The translations under genes were made by a program, and so were the position numbers. DNA of 64,000 nucleotides from Chrysomallon squamiferum. Lineage: Eukaryota > Animalia > Mollusca. The notes under the pieces were generated by a model. That model saw nothing but the letters and a program-made list of their open reading frames with translations, had not been told where the DNA came from and searched no databases. This document shows positions 1 through 14,109 of the stretch, piece by piece; positions within the stretch are counted from its first letter, which is position 1, and each line of letters begins with the position of its first letter. The DNA is taken from assembly GCA_012295275.1 (NCBI GenBank), contig CM022671.1:16988001-17052000 (forward strand). Reading direction: 5' to 3'.

Positions 1-379
1 AGAGGAACCCCCACCAATACAATCCACTACACCTTTATGAACCATTGTATGCATTACTAAATAAATATAAAAACTGACAAACCATCCACAAAGCACTGGT
101 TTGAATAACAGTGAAAATGTGTACTAAAGAGATCTGATCTTGCAACATAGCAAATCAAATATCCTAAACATTTAACTACAACAACCTCTTTGAAAGGAAG
201 ATTTGAAAAGAAAAGACTAACAACTGTCATTAGTTTTTCTGAATTTGCTTCATAGCATATTTAAAAAAGGTTTCTGCTAAAAAATTCAAATAATCATGAA
301 AAGTATTTTATAAAAACTGCTCAGTAAAATTTTATATATGTATATGAGCAAAACACTAATATACAAGCAAACATAATGT

Positions 380-640
380 CAACAACACTGCTACCAGCAG
401 CAATATTACCATCATCTTTATTATTATTATCATCTTTACTGGTAGTGGTAGTAATAGTAGTAGTAGTAGTAGTAGAGTTATTGTTCTTGTGTTATTATTA
501 TTATTAATATTATAATTGTTATTAATTATCATTATTATTAGTAGTAGTAGTAATAATAGTATGATTATTATTAGCAGTAGCACTAGTAGTAGTACTTGTA
601 GTAGTAGAATTATTGTTTTTGTTGTTATTATTATTATATA
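380..640. repeat. Low-complexity (TAG/TAT/TTG)n trinucleotide mosaic
   Basis: Runs of agt/att/gtt repeats; explains the poly-I/L ORF 356..658. Confidence 0.85.
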
Positions 641-1734
641 TATATCATGAATATGCAATCTGACTTAAAATCAATAACAACAATATTAAAATGATAATTT
701 TAAAACAAAGAGCAACAACTCCTATACACAAGCAATCCACACTCTCAAACAGAATATTTTATCCACTTTGATAAATATCAACATTCTGACATCTATCCCT
801 TTACATTTATATACATGACTTTGTAGTAAACCTAAAGCAGTTACCTGTTATAGAAATATTTTGTAGCACCTCTTTGTGTCTGAAGAATGAACTATTATCA
901 TCAGTGGAGAAACTGTATATGTCTCTGTCGTTGTAACACAAGTCAAACAGTCAACAAACCTCTCTCGCCAGTGACAATTTAAAACATTTTATACACTAAT
1001 AACAACATTAAAATAATATTCTAACCAAATCCTTGAAAAAAAGGAGTAAATCTTATAAAAGGAATCCATATTCACAAACAGGATATTTTGTCATCAACTT
1101 TGATAAATATTCACATGTATGCTGTTTGGGAAACTCTGGCTTTACTGAAGATGCTGTTTCAAATAAACACTCTTTTTCTCCATCAATAACAATGTGATTC
1201 TCGTATCTACAATAACATGCCATTCGGAACCATGAACTAGAATAGCTTAATCACTTGCTATGGTGTCTGCCAACAGCATTTCATATTTTAAGTAGATCAT
1301 ATCTATCTCCACACAATAACAATTACCATACAAATACTAATCTCACACTATCTCAAAAAACAGGCAGTGTAAGCCACAAATATTTTAAATGGTGTTGGAA
1401 GCAGTTAAAATTTCTAAAATATTTCAGGTATACCCCTACCAGTCACCTAACAGTTAATTTCAAGGTAACGTAAAGCATACAATTTGGACCAAAACAAGAA
1501 TGATCTTTTTTCACTTTCTTTTGTTGGTAATGTTCAGATTATAGTAAATGCTCTATTTTAAAGCCTATCACATTTACTGTGAAGTTTATACACAGTTTGA
1601 TGAATAGATAAACATCCACTGTTTGGGTCACTGCAGATATGATGGTTATTAGTTGTAACTTAGATGTGATATTTTTCTCATTCAGATAAAGGATAACATA
1701 CAGAGTTACATTTTCCATAAATTATCTGTTGAAA

Positions 1735-1920
1735 CTCCTACTCCTCCTACTCCTTCTACTACTACTAATATTACTATCATTTTACTACTACTACTACTAC
1801 TACTACTACTATTATTACTGCTACTACTCCAGTTATTACAATTACTAATACTGCCACTACTACTACTACTACTACTACTACTAGTACTACTACTGTAGCT
1901 ACTACTACTATCATTATTAC
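1735..1920. repeat. (CTA)n microsatellite, imperfect
   Basis: Visible ctactacta runs. Confidence 0.9.
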
Positions 1921-2079
1921 TGCAATTAACATAATTTATGATGATAATTTAATAACACAACAACAACAAAGAACAACTACTAATAATAAAAATAATAACA
2001 GAATAATAATAACATTCAATGTCTAAAGAAATTTTCATAACCCCGTATTTTTAAAAAACATCTACATTAAACATTTTAC

Positions 2080-2115
2080 CTGCTTCATATTTCAAAACTC
2101 TTTGTAACATTTCTC
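2080..2115 (-). other. Candidate 36-nt internal exon of an unresolved minus-strand transcript
   Basis: Minus strand ttgtcttctcag|GAGAAATG...GAAGCAG|gtaaaa; phase 1-1, open frame GEMLQRVLKYEA. Confidence 0.35.
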
Positions 2116-5100
2116 CTGAGAAGACAACAGATATTCCTTACAGTAGCTACTTCCTTATTTACCCTCATACTACATGAAAACAGTGCTTATCCAGTAAAAA
2201 TATTTTTTCCTTACTTGGATACATAATAAAGAGGCTTGTTCACTTCGTACAAGTTCATTAGAAACATTCTGTAAGTAGGTAAGTAGCTTACTGATGTAAC
2301 TGGAAATTTTCACCTGATCCCAGGATTATCGTTAATGCTGTTACAACATGAAACAAACATTTAAGTCAAATTAATAAAAAAATATATATATATATATCTA
2401 TGGTTTGGTATAACCATGGTAGCAGACTGGAAACTTAAAAACACAGAAAAAAAAAAAAAAAAAAAAAATTTAAGAAAATAATAATAAATAAAAATAAATA
2501 AATTAAAAATTGAAAAAGAGATGCCACAAAATATAAGAAAAAAAGTGTAAATTTAAATTATAATTAGAGTACTATATATAAAAGATTATGAAATAATGAA
2601 ATAAATGAAAAATGAATGATAAGCAGCTTAATATTCCATAAATATCACAAAACACAAGTTAATTTAGTAAAATGTTAAACATTTCTTTTTTGAACCTAAG
2701 TGAAAACAACAATAATATTAATACAAATAAATAACAAAATGGTTTTATTTTTAAGTATAAACTGGTTACTTGTTACAATACTAATCTTGTTAATAGTTAT
2801 AAATTGTTTAAATTATAAAAAAATATATTGTGATTATTAATTAATACATAATTTAAAAAGTGATAGTAAATTCAATAACACCAGTCCAAAAAACAACAAC
2901 AAAAAAAACAACAAAACAATTTGCTGAAAAAAAATTGATTTAGAAAAAAAAAAAAAAAGATTTAGATTTATAAAACATTAATTCGAATTAACTCTTAATA
3001 CCTTGTTTACTAGTAACATTTTTTTTTTTTTTTAAATTCTAGACAATTCTAATAACTTAAAATATCAGAACACAAATTTAAAACATACCAGTTTGTACTA
3101 ACCCTGAATCGAAGATTTTAGATTTTCATATTTAAAATCTAACTACCTCTGACGACCTTCAGTATCGGCGACTTTCTCCTACATTATTAATTTGCACAAA
3201 CTTAAAATCAATGATTTAATGTGAAAGTACTGCAGGGTAAGCACTCACCAAAGGATACTCACAGTTGTCGCAAAGAATGAAAATTACAAAGCCAATAATA
3301 ACAGTAGTGGCAGTCGGTTGAGTGAGAGATTTAGCTATGGGCTCTGCACTCTACTACAATATGTATTGATCACATCTATACCCTAGAGAAAAAAACTTGA
3401 TCTATTAAGAGCTATACCCAGAGAACGTTTTGAATATTTAACACTATTTAGAGTTATTTTTCTAATGCAGAAATTCTGGCAAAGTGTCATTTCCTGTCAC
3501 ACAGGTTAGGTATGCCAGATTGCATGCATGTGTGTCTTTGTCTGCACATGCGCGTGCATGTGAGCATGTGTGCATGTGTGTGTGTGTGAAAATGTATTTT
3601 GATATTGCACATGTCTATGTCAGTGACATGATGTATTTTGGTGTGACATGTCTGTAATATAATGTGTATGTGTGTGTGTATTTTAACATTTGCATATATG
3701 GATGTGCATCTGTGAATGTGAGTGCAGTGTATGTTAAAAAAAAACATATGTATTATTCTATATTCTTTGCTGTCAATAAATAGTTATTTAAATATAATTT
3801 TAGTGATCATATTCATAGTGTAAGTTTTAAAATAATGTCTAAAACAACTGATGAAAAATATGTCACTGAAATCTAACATTCTTAATATAAATGAGAAACA
3901 CTATTCACTGCACATGAAAGGGAGGGAGGAAGTGTGTGTGTGTGTGTGTGTGTGTAATTATATCCTCTGAAAAGATCAAATTTACCAACTGAACAGTAAT
4001 ATTGCTCTTTTTCCTCAAACTATGTCAGTCTTATATAATTAAATAACAAATTTAACATTAAAAAAACACAACACACTGCATTCTAGACCAATTATAAAAT
4101 TAACTTTAAGAACAAATGTTTTGAAAGGTTTCAGTTTTTCTGTTAGGGAAATCTTTACAATTCCATTCCCACAGTCTGTGTATGAGTTTTTTCCACACAG
4201 AGTCAATTGTATTCATTTCAATACTAATACAGCTAGCCATTGTACAGGCATAGCTTGAATTAATTTTTAAAAACATTCATTAAAGTTAATTAAATTCTGA
4301 CCTCCAGCAAAACGTTTAACACTCTCATTAAAAAAACTAAACAAACAACAGCAAATAAAATAAACTTAAAACAAAGAAAAAAGAAAAAAAAGAAACACAC
4401 ACACACACACACACAATAAAAAAAGTATATTATTATTCCGTGACATATTATTATTCTTGCCACATTTGTTATTACTGTACTTGTTGCAATAATGCTGTTG
4501 CTATTTTTATTAGATACATTACGGTTATATTTATTATTATAACATGGTATTTGTTATTGTCACTGCTGCTATTATTGTCATGCTACTGGTTTTTAAAATA
4601 TTACTGCTCTATTGATGGCAGTTATTTTATCTATTAATTAGATTCTTATAACAATGGTGACCCATGACTGCTGTTCAAAATACACTGATATCTTTACAAA
4701 GCAGAATAAAGGAGTGAAACCAGTCAGAGTTCTGTACTGTAGAGATAAACATATTTACTCCATTTTGAACAGTCTTATGTCCACCACTGGTCTTGGACAT
4801 TAGAGTTTAAACATCTGCATGCTAGTCTTTTAATTTTTGAAGATAAGTTCAGTGGTTTTAATCACAACAAATCATTTCGAACATCCAGTGATGATCTTGG
4901 CCCACATAACCTGCAATCTTTTCTAACGATAGTCTAATATTTTAGAGCAGGATTTTTCAAATTGGGTTCCACAGGAGCTGCCATTGGTTTCATGCCCAAT
5001 ATCAGATTAATAAACCATTAAAAGTTTTGAATTTTGAGATTCATTATAAAAACATGCAAATTCATTTTCCACTGTACTTCATTATTCTCTTTCTGAGAAT

Positions 5101-5541
5101 ATATCAGTAGAATCTGATAAAAGTAAAATTCATAATAAATATGACAAACCAACACCCGCTAAAAATAAATATCTTTGTAATTTTGTAAATATGAAATACT
5201 GAAATTGTACATTATAATGATTCTGGGACACAAATAAGAGTCAACTAATTTCAAAGTAATTATCTAATAGTTAGCATTCAAAGTCTACATCTTAAATTCC
5301 TGGTCACATTGGTTTCAGTTTCATGAGCAAACATTTAACAACAGCAAACTCTGTATTGAAATATTATCACTTTGTAACCAAATATTGTTATAAATTAATT
5401 TCAGTCAGACTATATATAATATTTTTAGACTAACACACACATATATATATAGTCATGATATTTATTGTCTGACAAATCTGTCATTTAGAAACTGTTTTAT
5501 ATTATTGATTGATTTTTCATACACATACAGCAAACACGTGT

Positions 5542-5586
<45 letters not shown>

Positions 5587-7169
5587 GACATACACATACA
5601 GAAATATATGCATGAAAACAATTTTATAATATACATCAATACCAAGAATAAAAATCAAACCTTCACAGCTCTGTTAAAACTGAAGCCTAAAGGGAATTCT
5701 TTTTTTCCTTTTTTTTTTTTTTTTTTTTTTATCTCTGGAGATGACAGAATTATGAATGCTTGCCTGCGTGTGATTAAAACTGATAAACAGATTGGCTTGG
5801 CGTAAACAGTGATATGGTATTTAATTCCTGAAGATACGCTATGATTAAACAGCCTGTCAGTGAACACAATACCTTGATGACAATACAGCATTCAGAGGTG
5901 AAGAATAATCCCAGTAATTTAGGAACAAGTTCAGCCAAACCTTAGGAGGTTCAGGTAGGGGTAACTCTATAATAGCAGCAGTTCTCTGACCTTTGGGTCA
6001 CAAACCACCTTCACAAGTCTGTTAATTGTAATCCCAGTACATTGAATCAGGAATTAAAGAGCATTTTGGAAGTATTCAGATACTCAGACATCAGTATATC
6101 TTATAGCGTAATTTTTTTTTTTTTAAATATATTTTCTGTCAGCAGATTGTTTTTAATTTTAATATATTTTTAGTTAGGTTGTTAAGTATAAAATTTTGCA
6201 AAGATATGTGTAGATCAACATTTGTAATTAAAGACATTTTTTTAATTTTTATTACTAGAAAACTGGCAATGAGATAAATTCATTAATAATTTGAATATTT
6301 ACCAATTTGTGCGTAGGAAGAAAAACACAAAATTACGGTACAAAAGATACTGCTGTCACAAAATTATAATAATTATTATTATTATTATTATTAATAGCTG
6401 TTTATATGATATACAGATTATCAGAATTTTACAAAAAAATATATACCAGAGACCGGAAGACAGAAATAAGGACAGACATACAGAGAATTATTTCAGTGTT
6501 TCATTAAAAGAACAAAAACTGTGACAAAATGGTATAAGAACTATTAAACAAAAACAAAAACAAAAACAAAAATTATAAAAAAATCTTTATATATAGACAT
6601 TTCAATTATGAATATGCATTAATCAGGAATCATTGAAAGATTCAGTTTGTACAGAAATTCATTACAACATTCTACTCACTGTTTATCCAATGTGTCCTTA
6701 ACATAACCTCACAGCCAAAGATCTGAACAGAGAGATGGAGTTTGCAAAACCTTTGAGCTGTGACCACTGCATATTTGTAAAGATTTCTTAAGTCAACACT
6801 GCAAATTAGCCTAAATTGTTTAGCACATGCCAAGTGCTTTTAGAAACCAAATGAAAAGCCTTTTGAATTTATAATAGTGGGGGGAAAAAAAGAAAATACT
6901 TTCATTGTTAGCTATTTGCTGGACCTATTAATCATAAACAATTAGTCCTAAAGAAGAAAAAAAAAGTTTAAAACCAAGAAGTCAAAGGAAATGTCCGATT
7001 TTGTATAATGTTATTTGTACTGTGTGTTTAACCCCAAACAGACTGATCTGATGGAAGTTAATCGATGTAATGACATGTTTTATTGACTGTGCTGAGTGTT
7101 ATTAGATCCTAACATGATAAACAGGTATGAGGCAGAGCTGTGTTGTATTTGTGTCTTTGGTGATTCTCT

Positions 7170-7504
7170 GTTATTATTATTATTATTATTTTATTACAGC
7201 ACACTTATCTAGCACTTAATTCCATGCATAATGCATGCTCAAAGCTTACAGTTTATCATTTGCACCTGATTCAGGACCTCTTTCTATCCAACATACATCT
7301 CAAACTCCCTGGGGAGCATGCAAGTTAGGTTTGCCATACTGGTGCACTGCTCTAATCATACAGAAACCATCATGACCTGTCAGGTTCTCACTTATGGCCC
7401 AGAGAACCATTTGCCACATGACAGAACTGCAGCTCCAGGGCTCAAACTCGCAACATTTCAGTTACAGATCCAAATCCTCTAATATCTGCACCATCTTGAT
7501 GACC
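7170..7504 (-). mobile_element. Degenerate tRNA-derived SINE
   Basis: Minus-strand head with A-box-like TGGTGCAGATATTAG and B-box-like GAGTTTGAGCC, central CTCCCCAGGGAGTTTGAG resembling the Nin/Deu core, LINE-like tail GTAAGCTTTGAG...AAGTGCTAGATAAG ending in (AAT)n. Confidence 0.55.
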
Positions 7505-7894
7505 GCATATAAAATTATTTCTTGTTGACAGATTGAGTGAAAAAAAAAAAAACCCACACCTCTATAAAATAGCTCTTAGTACCAAATTATCTTATGTGTA
7601 ATGATGAATAATTTCTTTCAGAAAAATTAAATTTATTCTTTCTTCAACTTGTTATTAATAAAGCAATTTTTTGTTTAATGTATTTTTCTTTTTATGGGTT
7701 GCATGGGTTATACACAGTACTGCTATTTAAAAAAAAAACATGCTGCCATAAAGGTTTTTTTTTTTGGTCAGCAACAAGGGATTTGTTTTAATAAACCATC
7801 CCACTGAGAAGAAATCATATTGATAAACTAATTGGAATGAGAAATACTTGATCAGGTATATGCACGTGGATTAGTCCTTCAATTAAAAATAGGT

Positions 7895-8160
7895 TGGGTG
7901 ATGGTGGGATGTGTTGATGGTGCTGATTATGATGAAGGTGATGATGATGCTGTTGATGGTGGTGGTGGTGATGGTGGTGTGGTGATGATGAAGTGGTGGT
8001 GTTGATGATGAAGGTGATGGTGGGATGTGAAGGTGATGGTGGGATGGTGATGATGATGGTGATGATGGTGCTGATGGTGATGATGATGATGATGGTGATG
8101 ATGGTGTTGATGATGATGATGATGATGTTGGTGATGATGGTGCTGGTGGTAGTGGTGACA
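7895..8160. repeat. (GAT/GGT)n low-complexity tract
   Basis: gatggtgatg repeats; source of the poly-His/Ile ORF 7815..8240. Confidence 0.9.
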
Positions 8161-8359
8161 GTGATTTGTTGAAAATTTATTGTTACTAATATAATTTTGT
8201 TATGTCTGAACACAAGCAGTTTTATACTATAAAAAAACACTATCAGATATTATAAAGAGAAGAAATCAATTAAAAAACCTGATATATAATTTAAACAAAT
8301 GTAAAATATATTTATACATCTGAGTTGAATGACACACAATGGTTTAACATTATACATAT

Positions 8360-9285
8360 TAAGAAATATTCCTAGTGTCAGTTATCAAGGTTTCTTTTTT
8401 TTTTTACAGATATATGATAATTAACTGCTGGATTAGAGGATACAATCCCTCTTGAGCTTGTAAAATACATATATACAGATTGACACATTGATAACATTAA
8501 GATTTGCATATGAATCTGGTAAAAAAAAAAGAAAGAAAAACAAGTCACATTTGTGCCTGTAGGTTTGAGAATTTTTATTTTTTACTTGCCGAAGGGAAAT
8601 TTGACCACAGCTTTCAACTAGTAAGACAAAGAAAGTCTCTCACACACACACACACTCATTACACACACAACAATTACAACAATGACAACAGCAGCTACAA
8701 CAACAACAACAACCACAATGACAATACTAAATAAATAACAAGAAATTAATAAAGAACAAAGAAACAGTCTGTGTGTCTGTCTGTGTTTGTGTGTAATTTT
8801 CATAGGAATTATTTAATTTAATGAACTGAAAATTCTTTCTAAAAGCTAATTTTTGGGAAGCACATTTCTAGTAAAAAATAAAATAAAATAATAATAATAA
8901 TAATCATAACAATGAAAACTGAAAATAAAGAAATATTCTTATTGTCAGTTACCAAGGTTTCTTTTTCTAACAGATATATGATAATTAACTGCCAGATTAG
9001 ATGATACAAAACCTCTTGAGTTTGTAAAATACTCTGATAACATCAAGATTTGCATATAAATCTAGTAAAACAAAGATGGTCACATTTTCAACTGTCGGTC
9101 TGGGAATTTTTATTTTTGTTTTCTAGCCAAAGGGAAATTTGACAAGTTTCAACTGGTAAGTCAGTTACATCACATATATATATATATACAACTACAACAA
9201 CTGCAACAATATCTACAACTACAGCAACTTTAACAACCACAACAACAATAAAACAAAAATTAATAAAGAACAAACAATTTGTCTG

Positions 9286-9328
<43 letters not shown>

Positions 9329-9350
9329 TTTTCAATTTAATTATTTAACA
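8360..9350. repeat. Local tandem duplication, two diverged copies with about 570 bp period
   Basis: gtcagtta(t/c)caaggtttc...acagatatatgataattaactgc...cctcttgag at 8377 and 8944; homology continues through gatttgcatat, gggaaatttgac and aattaataaagaacaaa. Confidence 0.85.
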
Positions 9351-10404
9351 TTAATATTTTAAATTTACTGAAATTTACCAGTATTTTATAAGATACAGAT
9401 TCAGTGATACATTATAAAATGGCCATTTTGCTGTAGGTGTAATCATAAATCTATCTTTACTATAAATCTTCTTTCACAGATACAGAAAATATCCCAATAA
9501 AAAGATTTGTTATGATAATCAAAACACATACACCCTATACAAAGTGAATTTCCTAAACAGAAATCATGTTTGTTACCTGCAAGATATTGTGTCTTTCAAA
9601 GTGAATTGCCTTTGTGCTTTTCTATTCACTGAGGTGCAAAAGTAACAAACACATGTCAATAATGAACCATTCTAACAACCTTCACACCTGTGTTTTTAAA
9701 AGATTTTACATAATGAAGAGAAACATTTTTCTATTCCGATATCTTTTATATATATCATACCTTTTTACTAACATCAGCAACTGATAAGAGAAACAAAGTA
9801 TGTGTCTATGTCCTAATAGAGGATTTAATTGTTTCGGTGGTTTGTGTTTAATTTATTTATTATATTTATTTAATTATGTAGAGATATCTTTTTCTTTTCA
9901 TTTATTCATTTGTTAATCATTTATTTATTTATTTATTTATTCACTGACTTGTGTTTGCAGTAAACACAAAACATTCAGTTAAAAACTTGTCTCTGAGATC
10001 ATCCAACTCAAGAACTGAGATTAATTTAAACCTTAATTTAAACCTACAAGAATTATAGCCACTTTATTATATTTTAATTAAATCCAGTGTTCAGTATTTG
10101 TTTTTGATGTTATTTTTACACACAATAAACTTCATTTCCTTAGAATGAAGACTTCCAAATCATTTGACCTTATCCAGAGATATTGTTTATAAATATGTTC
10201 AAAACAATAAACCTTTTCCCATATCCAGATTCATTCTTCAATTTAATTCATTTCATTTCCACATATTTTAAATGAGTTTAATGCTTACTTTGAATTTTAA
10301 AGTTGTATTATTTCATCTGTTACCTTTAACACAAATAGGGCCAAAATTTAAGCTTACTCTAAATTAATTCCATTTATAAAATTTAAAATTTAAGAATTTT
10401 TATC

Positions 10405-11145
10405 TACATCACACACATATATATTTACATATTTTACCTTTGATAGTAAAGTATATGCTTTCAGTCAGAAATAAATCCGTAATTTATATAATCTTCTGAA
10501 TACTATTACATCTAGATTACAAATGGGACAGAATAAAATTTACCTTATTATGCACATACATTTACATGTTTCACCTTTGGCAAAAAACACTTTCTCAAAA
10601 ATCATTTGCTCTATATCAGATCAGTACAGTATAATAGTTAATTGTATTACACACATAATATTATATATTTACATATTTTTACGTTTGGCACATTAAAACA
10701 CTTTCTCAGAAATAAATATATTCTCTAATTTATTTAAACCTCTCAGTCATGTACTCTTTATCAAGTCCGTGAAGTGTAATATTCATTTTTGGTACAACAT
10801 GCTTTTTCTCGGAAATAAATCCATTCCTTAATTTATTTTATCCTCTGAATATTTCCTCTTTATTCAGTCTATACAGCATATTTAACTGTATCACACCAGG
10901 TACATATAAATATACAGGTTTTATCTTTGATACAATAAGCTATCTCAGATGTAAATACATTACTTAATTTATTTAAGCCTCCAAATCATTTCGTCTTTCT
11001 CAAATCATGGTGTTATTTAATTGTATCATGTACATAATATTATATATTTATATATATTTTTTACCTTTCGTACAATACGCTTTCTCTCAGAAATAAATCC
11101 ACTTCCTATATTCCTCTGAAGACTTTTGTTTTCTTTCACTTCAGC
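10405..11145. repeat. Degenerate tandem repeat, about 6 units of roughly 110-140 bp
   Basis: Recurring ttttacctttg...ctttctcagaaataaat motif near 10432, 10570, 10677, 10785, 10920 and 11060. Confidence 0.7.
11065..11144 (-). other. Candidate 80-nt exon of an unresolved minus-strand transcript
   Basis: Minus strand ttgttttcgactacag|CTGAAGTG...GTACGAAAG|gtaaaa; one open frame EVKENKSLQRNIGSGFISERKRIVRK. Confidence 0.4.
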
Positions 11146-13955
11146 TGTAGTCGAAAACAAATACACTGCATGACATCCATGTTTTATATTTTTTTAATAA
11201 ATACACTATACAGGATAATCCGTGTATTTCTTGTTTTTAAAAAAATTCACCTAATAGGAAAAACAATTATTTGAGTATTTTCCCTGAATGAACCATATTG
11301 CACTTTAAGGAAGAAAATGACATTAGACCCAATGTTTTGTTAATGATTGAAAGCGATTTCTGTTGGTGAAGATTCATGAATACAGGGCAAATAAAACATT
11401 AACATTTTCATAATTTGCTTTTCAGTTACAAAGTAATAGTCACTATACATGAACACTTGATGTTTTTTTTTTAACTCATTGTTAATTGCAGTGCACATTC
11501 TGATTTTACCCATTACAACACATTCAGTGACTGGGAGCATACAATAATACATAGTTCCCAGCAATAATAAAAAAAAAGAGTTCTCTTTAGGTTAAACGAC
11601 CATGGGAAAAAAAAATGTTGTCATTCATTCTTTCAATGAAACGATTGCCATAAATTCCAGGATATATGAGTGGATTTTACTGTGTCCCAGAGAGGAAACT
11701 GACCCATGTTTAACACTCTTTGATCAGAAATAAAACTGAGAGAGAATGAAAACATTAGAGATAAAAGTGTATTTTATGTAGATCTCTGAATAAAATGGAG
11801 GAAAATAGATCTTTTCGTAAAATAATCATGGAGGAAAAAGAAAGAAGAACTTTTATTATTTAGTCTGCAAGTATTTTTTGATATGTAGGTTATATTATTG
11901 CATTATATAGTTCAAGACCATATAAAAAAAACTTTAGTTTCCTTTGATCAACAAAAAGGAATTTGTTATATTGAACTTTCCTGAGAAGAAAAAAACATGT
12001 ATCATATAAACCTGTCATGGAGTACTGGCTAGAATGGGGAAAAGATTTAAATAGGTTTGCTGAATAGGATAGATTTTATGACTTATCACAGTATGTAGAT
12101 TTAACATGTAAAATTTATGTTAACTGACAGAATGATAAAAAAATTTAATACCTTTACTAAATACCAGTATGGATGTTTATATTATATTTAATTTTTCTTT
12201 TTTTAACATGAAATGATACTTTAAACAAGGGATACCATCTGGTACAGAAATATTTTCTAACTGCACCAGTGAGTAGTTAACATGGATCCTGCAATCCATC
12301 ATTCCCATACACACTGTCATGGAGTTTCTTGTAGGTTTTACTTATTATTTTTAAAATAAGGATATTTAATTTATTCTGGATGAATAAATATTTTCAATGA
12401 ATTAATTATTAACAAATGTTTACTCATTTATAAAACAAAAGAATATTCCAATCAACACCAGTATCACATGCTTAATTTGCTATGTTTATTTTTTAAATTT
12501 TAAAACATATATTGTTTACTTTAAAAGGAGCCAAATACAATAATACTGATCAAGCAATACAATTAACTTCACATCTTCAGTTCACTTTAAAAAGAAGATA
12601 ACCAATTTAAACAACATCACACTGTCTTGCAGGAAACAACATGCTTATAATAAACTGAAATGTCTGTATGAGGTTTATTTTCCCATGAATTTTACATGGG
12701 TTCTAATCACTCTTAAAATATAATTCTAGTTTAGAAAACATTCTACACACATTATTATATTCACTTACTTATCAGTTACTTAGACAGACATTCAATAACT
12801 GAAAAACATTTTATTAATTTCCTTTTACTAAAGCTTCATTATTACTATTTTAAAGCATTTAATCCAAAAAATATTATGGGAAAAAAAAAAATGTTTTTAA
12901 AAATATGTTTAAATTTTTAATCCAGAACAATAATTGATAAAAATTAAAAGAAACAGACATAACCCCCATCCCCCAGTGAATACATATATGGAAATTATAA
13001 TATTTTTCAATAAAAAACCAAACAACAACAACAAAAAAAAAAAAACCAAACAACAACTACATACCAGATTATGATATATTCCAAGAGAACGAAATTCCTC
13101 TGTGATTAAAAACAGCTATAACACCAGTGCTACGACCTGCAGCATTTTTAACTGAATCTGAACAAATAAAAGAGAAATCATCAAACCTTTTGTAATCCAC
13201 CCGCCTGTTTGCACACCTTTGTTTATTTTTAGTCAATCAGAGTCGTCAGTGATCTGCTAATTTGACGTACACACACCTGTCTGTCTGTCTCTCTGTGTGC
13301 ATGTCTGTCTTGTTTACTTTGGTTTAATGAAATAATGAAAAAAATGCAAACAAGAAAAATCCTCAACTTACTGTTTTCATGGTATAAGTGCCTTTTGTTT
13401 TGTTGGTGCATATGTATTACTTTAATTACTACTGCTGCTGCTACTACATCATCATCGCTGTTATCATCATAATCATCATCTTCATCATAGTTAATAGGAA
13501 ACTCCTTTTTAAACCTTCAGATATCACACTCATGACCTCATTCAATTAAGGATCTACATGTTTAGATAAAAACCCACATTATCTATTTTGCACCTTTATT
13601 TATATTTGAACCCGACAACTGGTTTTCTTAAACATTTAAACAGTGAAATTGCTCAATACATTCCTTAACAAATTAAACACTTCAGTCCACTTCCTGAAAT
13701 GACTGTACATCCCAATGCATATACATCCACATATACATTTACATCTACATCTTCTGTAGACATGTACATCCACATATACATATACATCTACATGTTCTGT
13801 AGACATATACATCCATATGTTCTGTAGACAGTAATGTAAACTGAAGTCTCTGCCACACAGACTAATCAGTGGTTAAAAATAAGTTGTTATTGTGCGATAT
13901 AATGATATAATATCAATCAGCATCATTGTATTTGTGTATGTATATGTAATCTATC

Positions 13956-13993
<38 letters not shown>

Positions 13994-14011
13994 CAATACA
14001 TGCATATATAC

Positions 14012-14072
<61 letters not shown>
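13956..14072. repeat. Compound (TG)n-(TA)n-(CA)n microsatellite
   Basis: Directly visible. Confidence 0.9.
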
Positions 14073-14073
<1 letters not shown>

Positions 14074-14109
14074 TTATATATACAAATATTCATATACACA
14101 CAAATATAT

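Noticed and set aside
1-200. Possible decayed LINE 3' end (EEPP... motif)
   Set aside because: Too degenerate and truncated by the window edge to support.
356-658. Hydrophobic 100 aa ORF resembling a membrane protein
   Set aside because: Trinucleotide low-complexity artefact.
3130-3180. let-7-like GAGGTAGT seed on the minus strand
   Set aside because: Match does not extend beyond the seed and no convincing precursor hairpin.
7815-8240. His-rich 141 aa ORF
   Set aside because: Translation of a GAT/GGT microsatellite; no splice or homology support.
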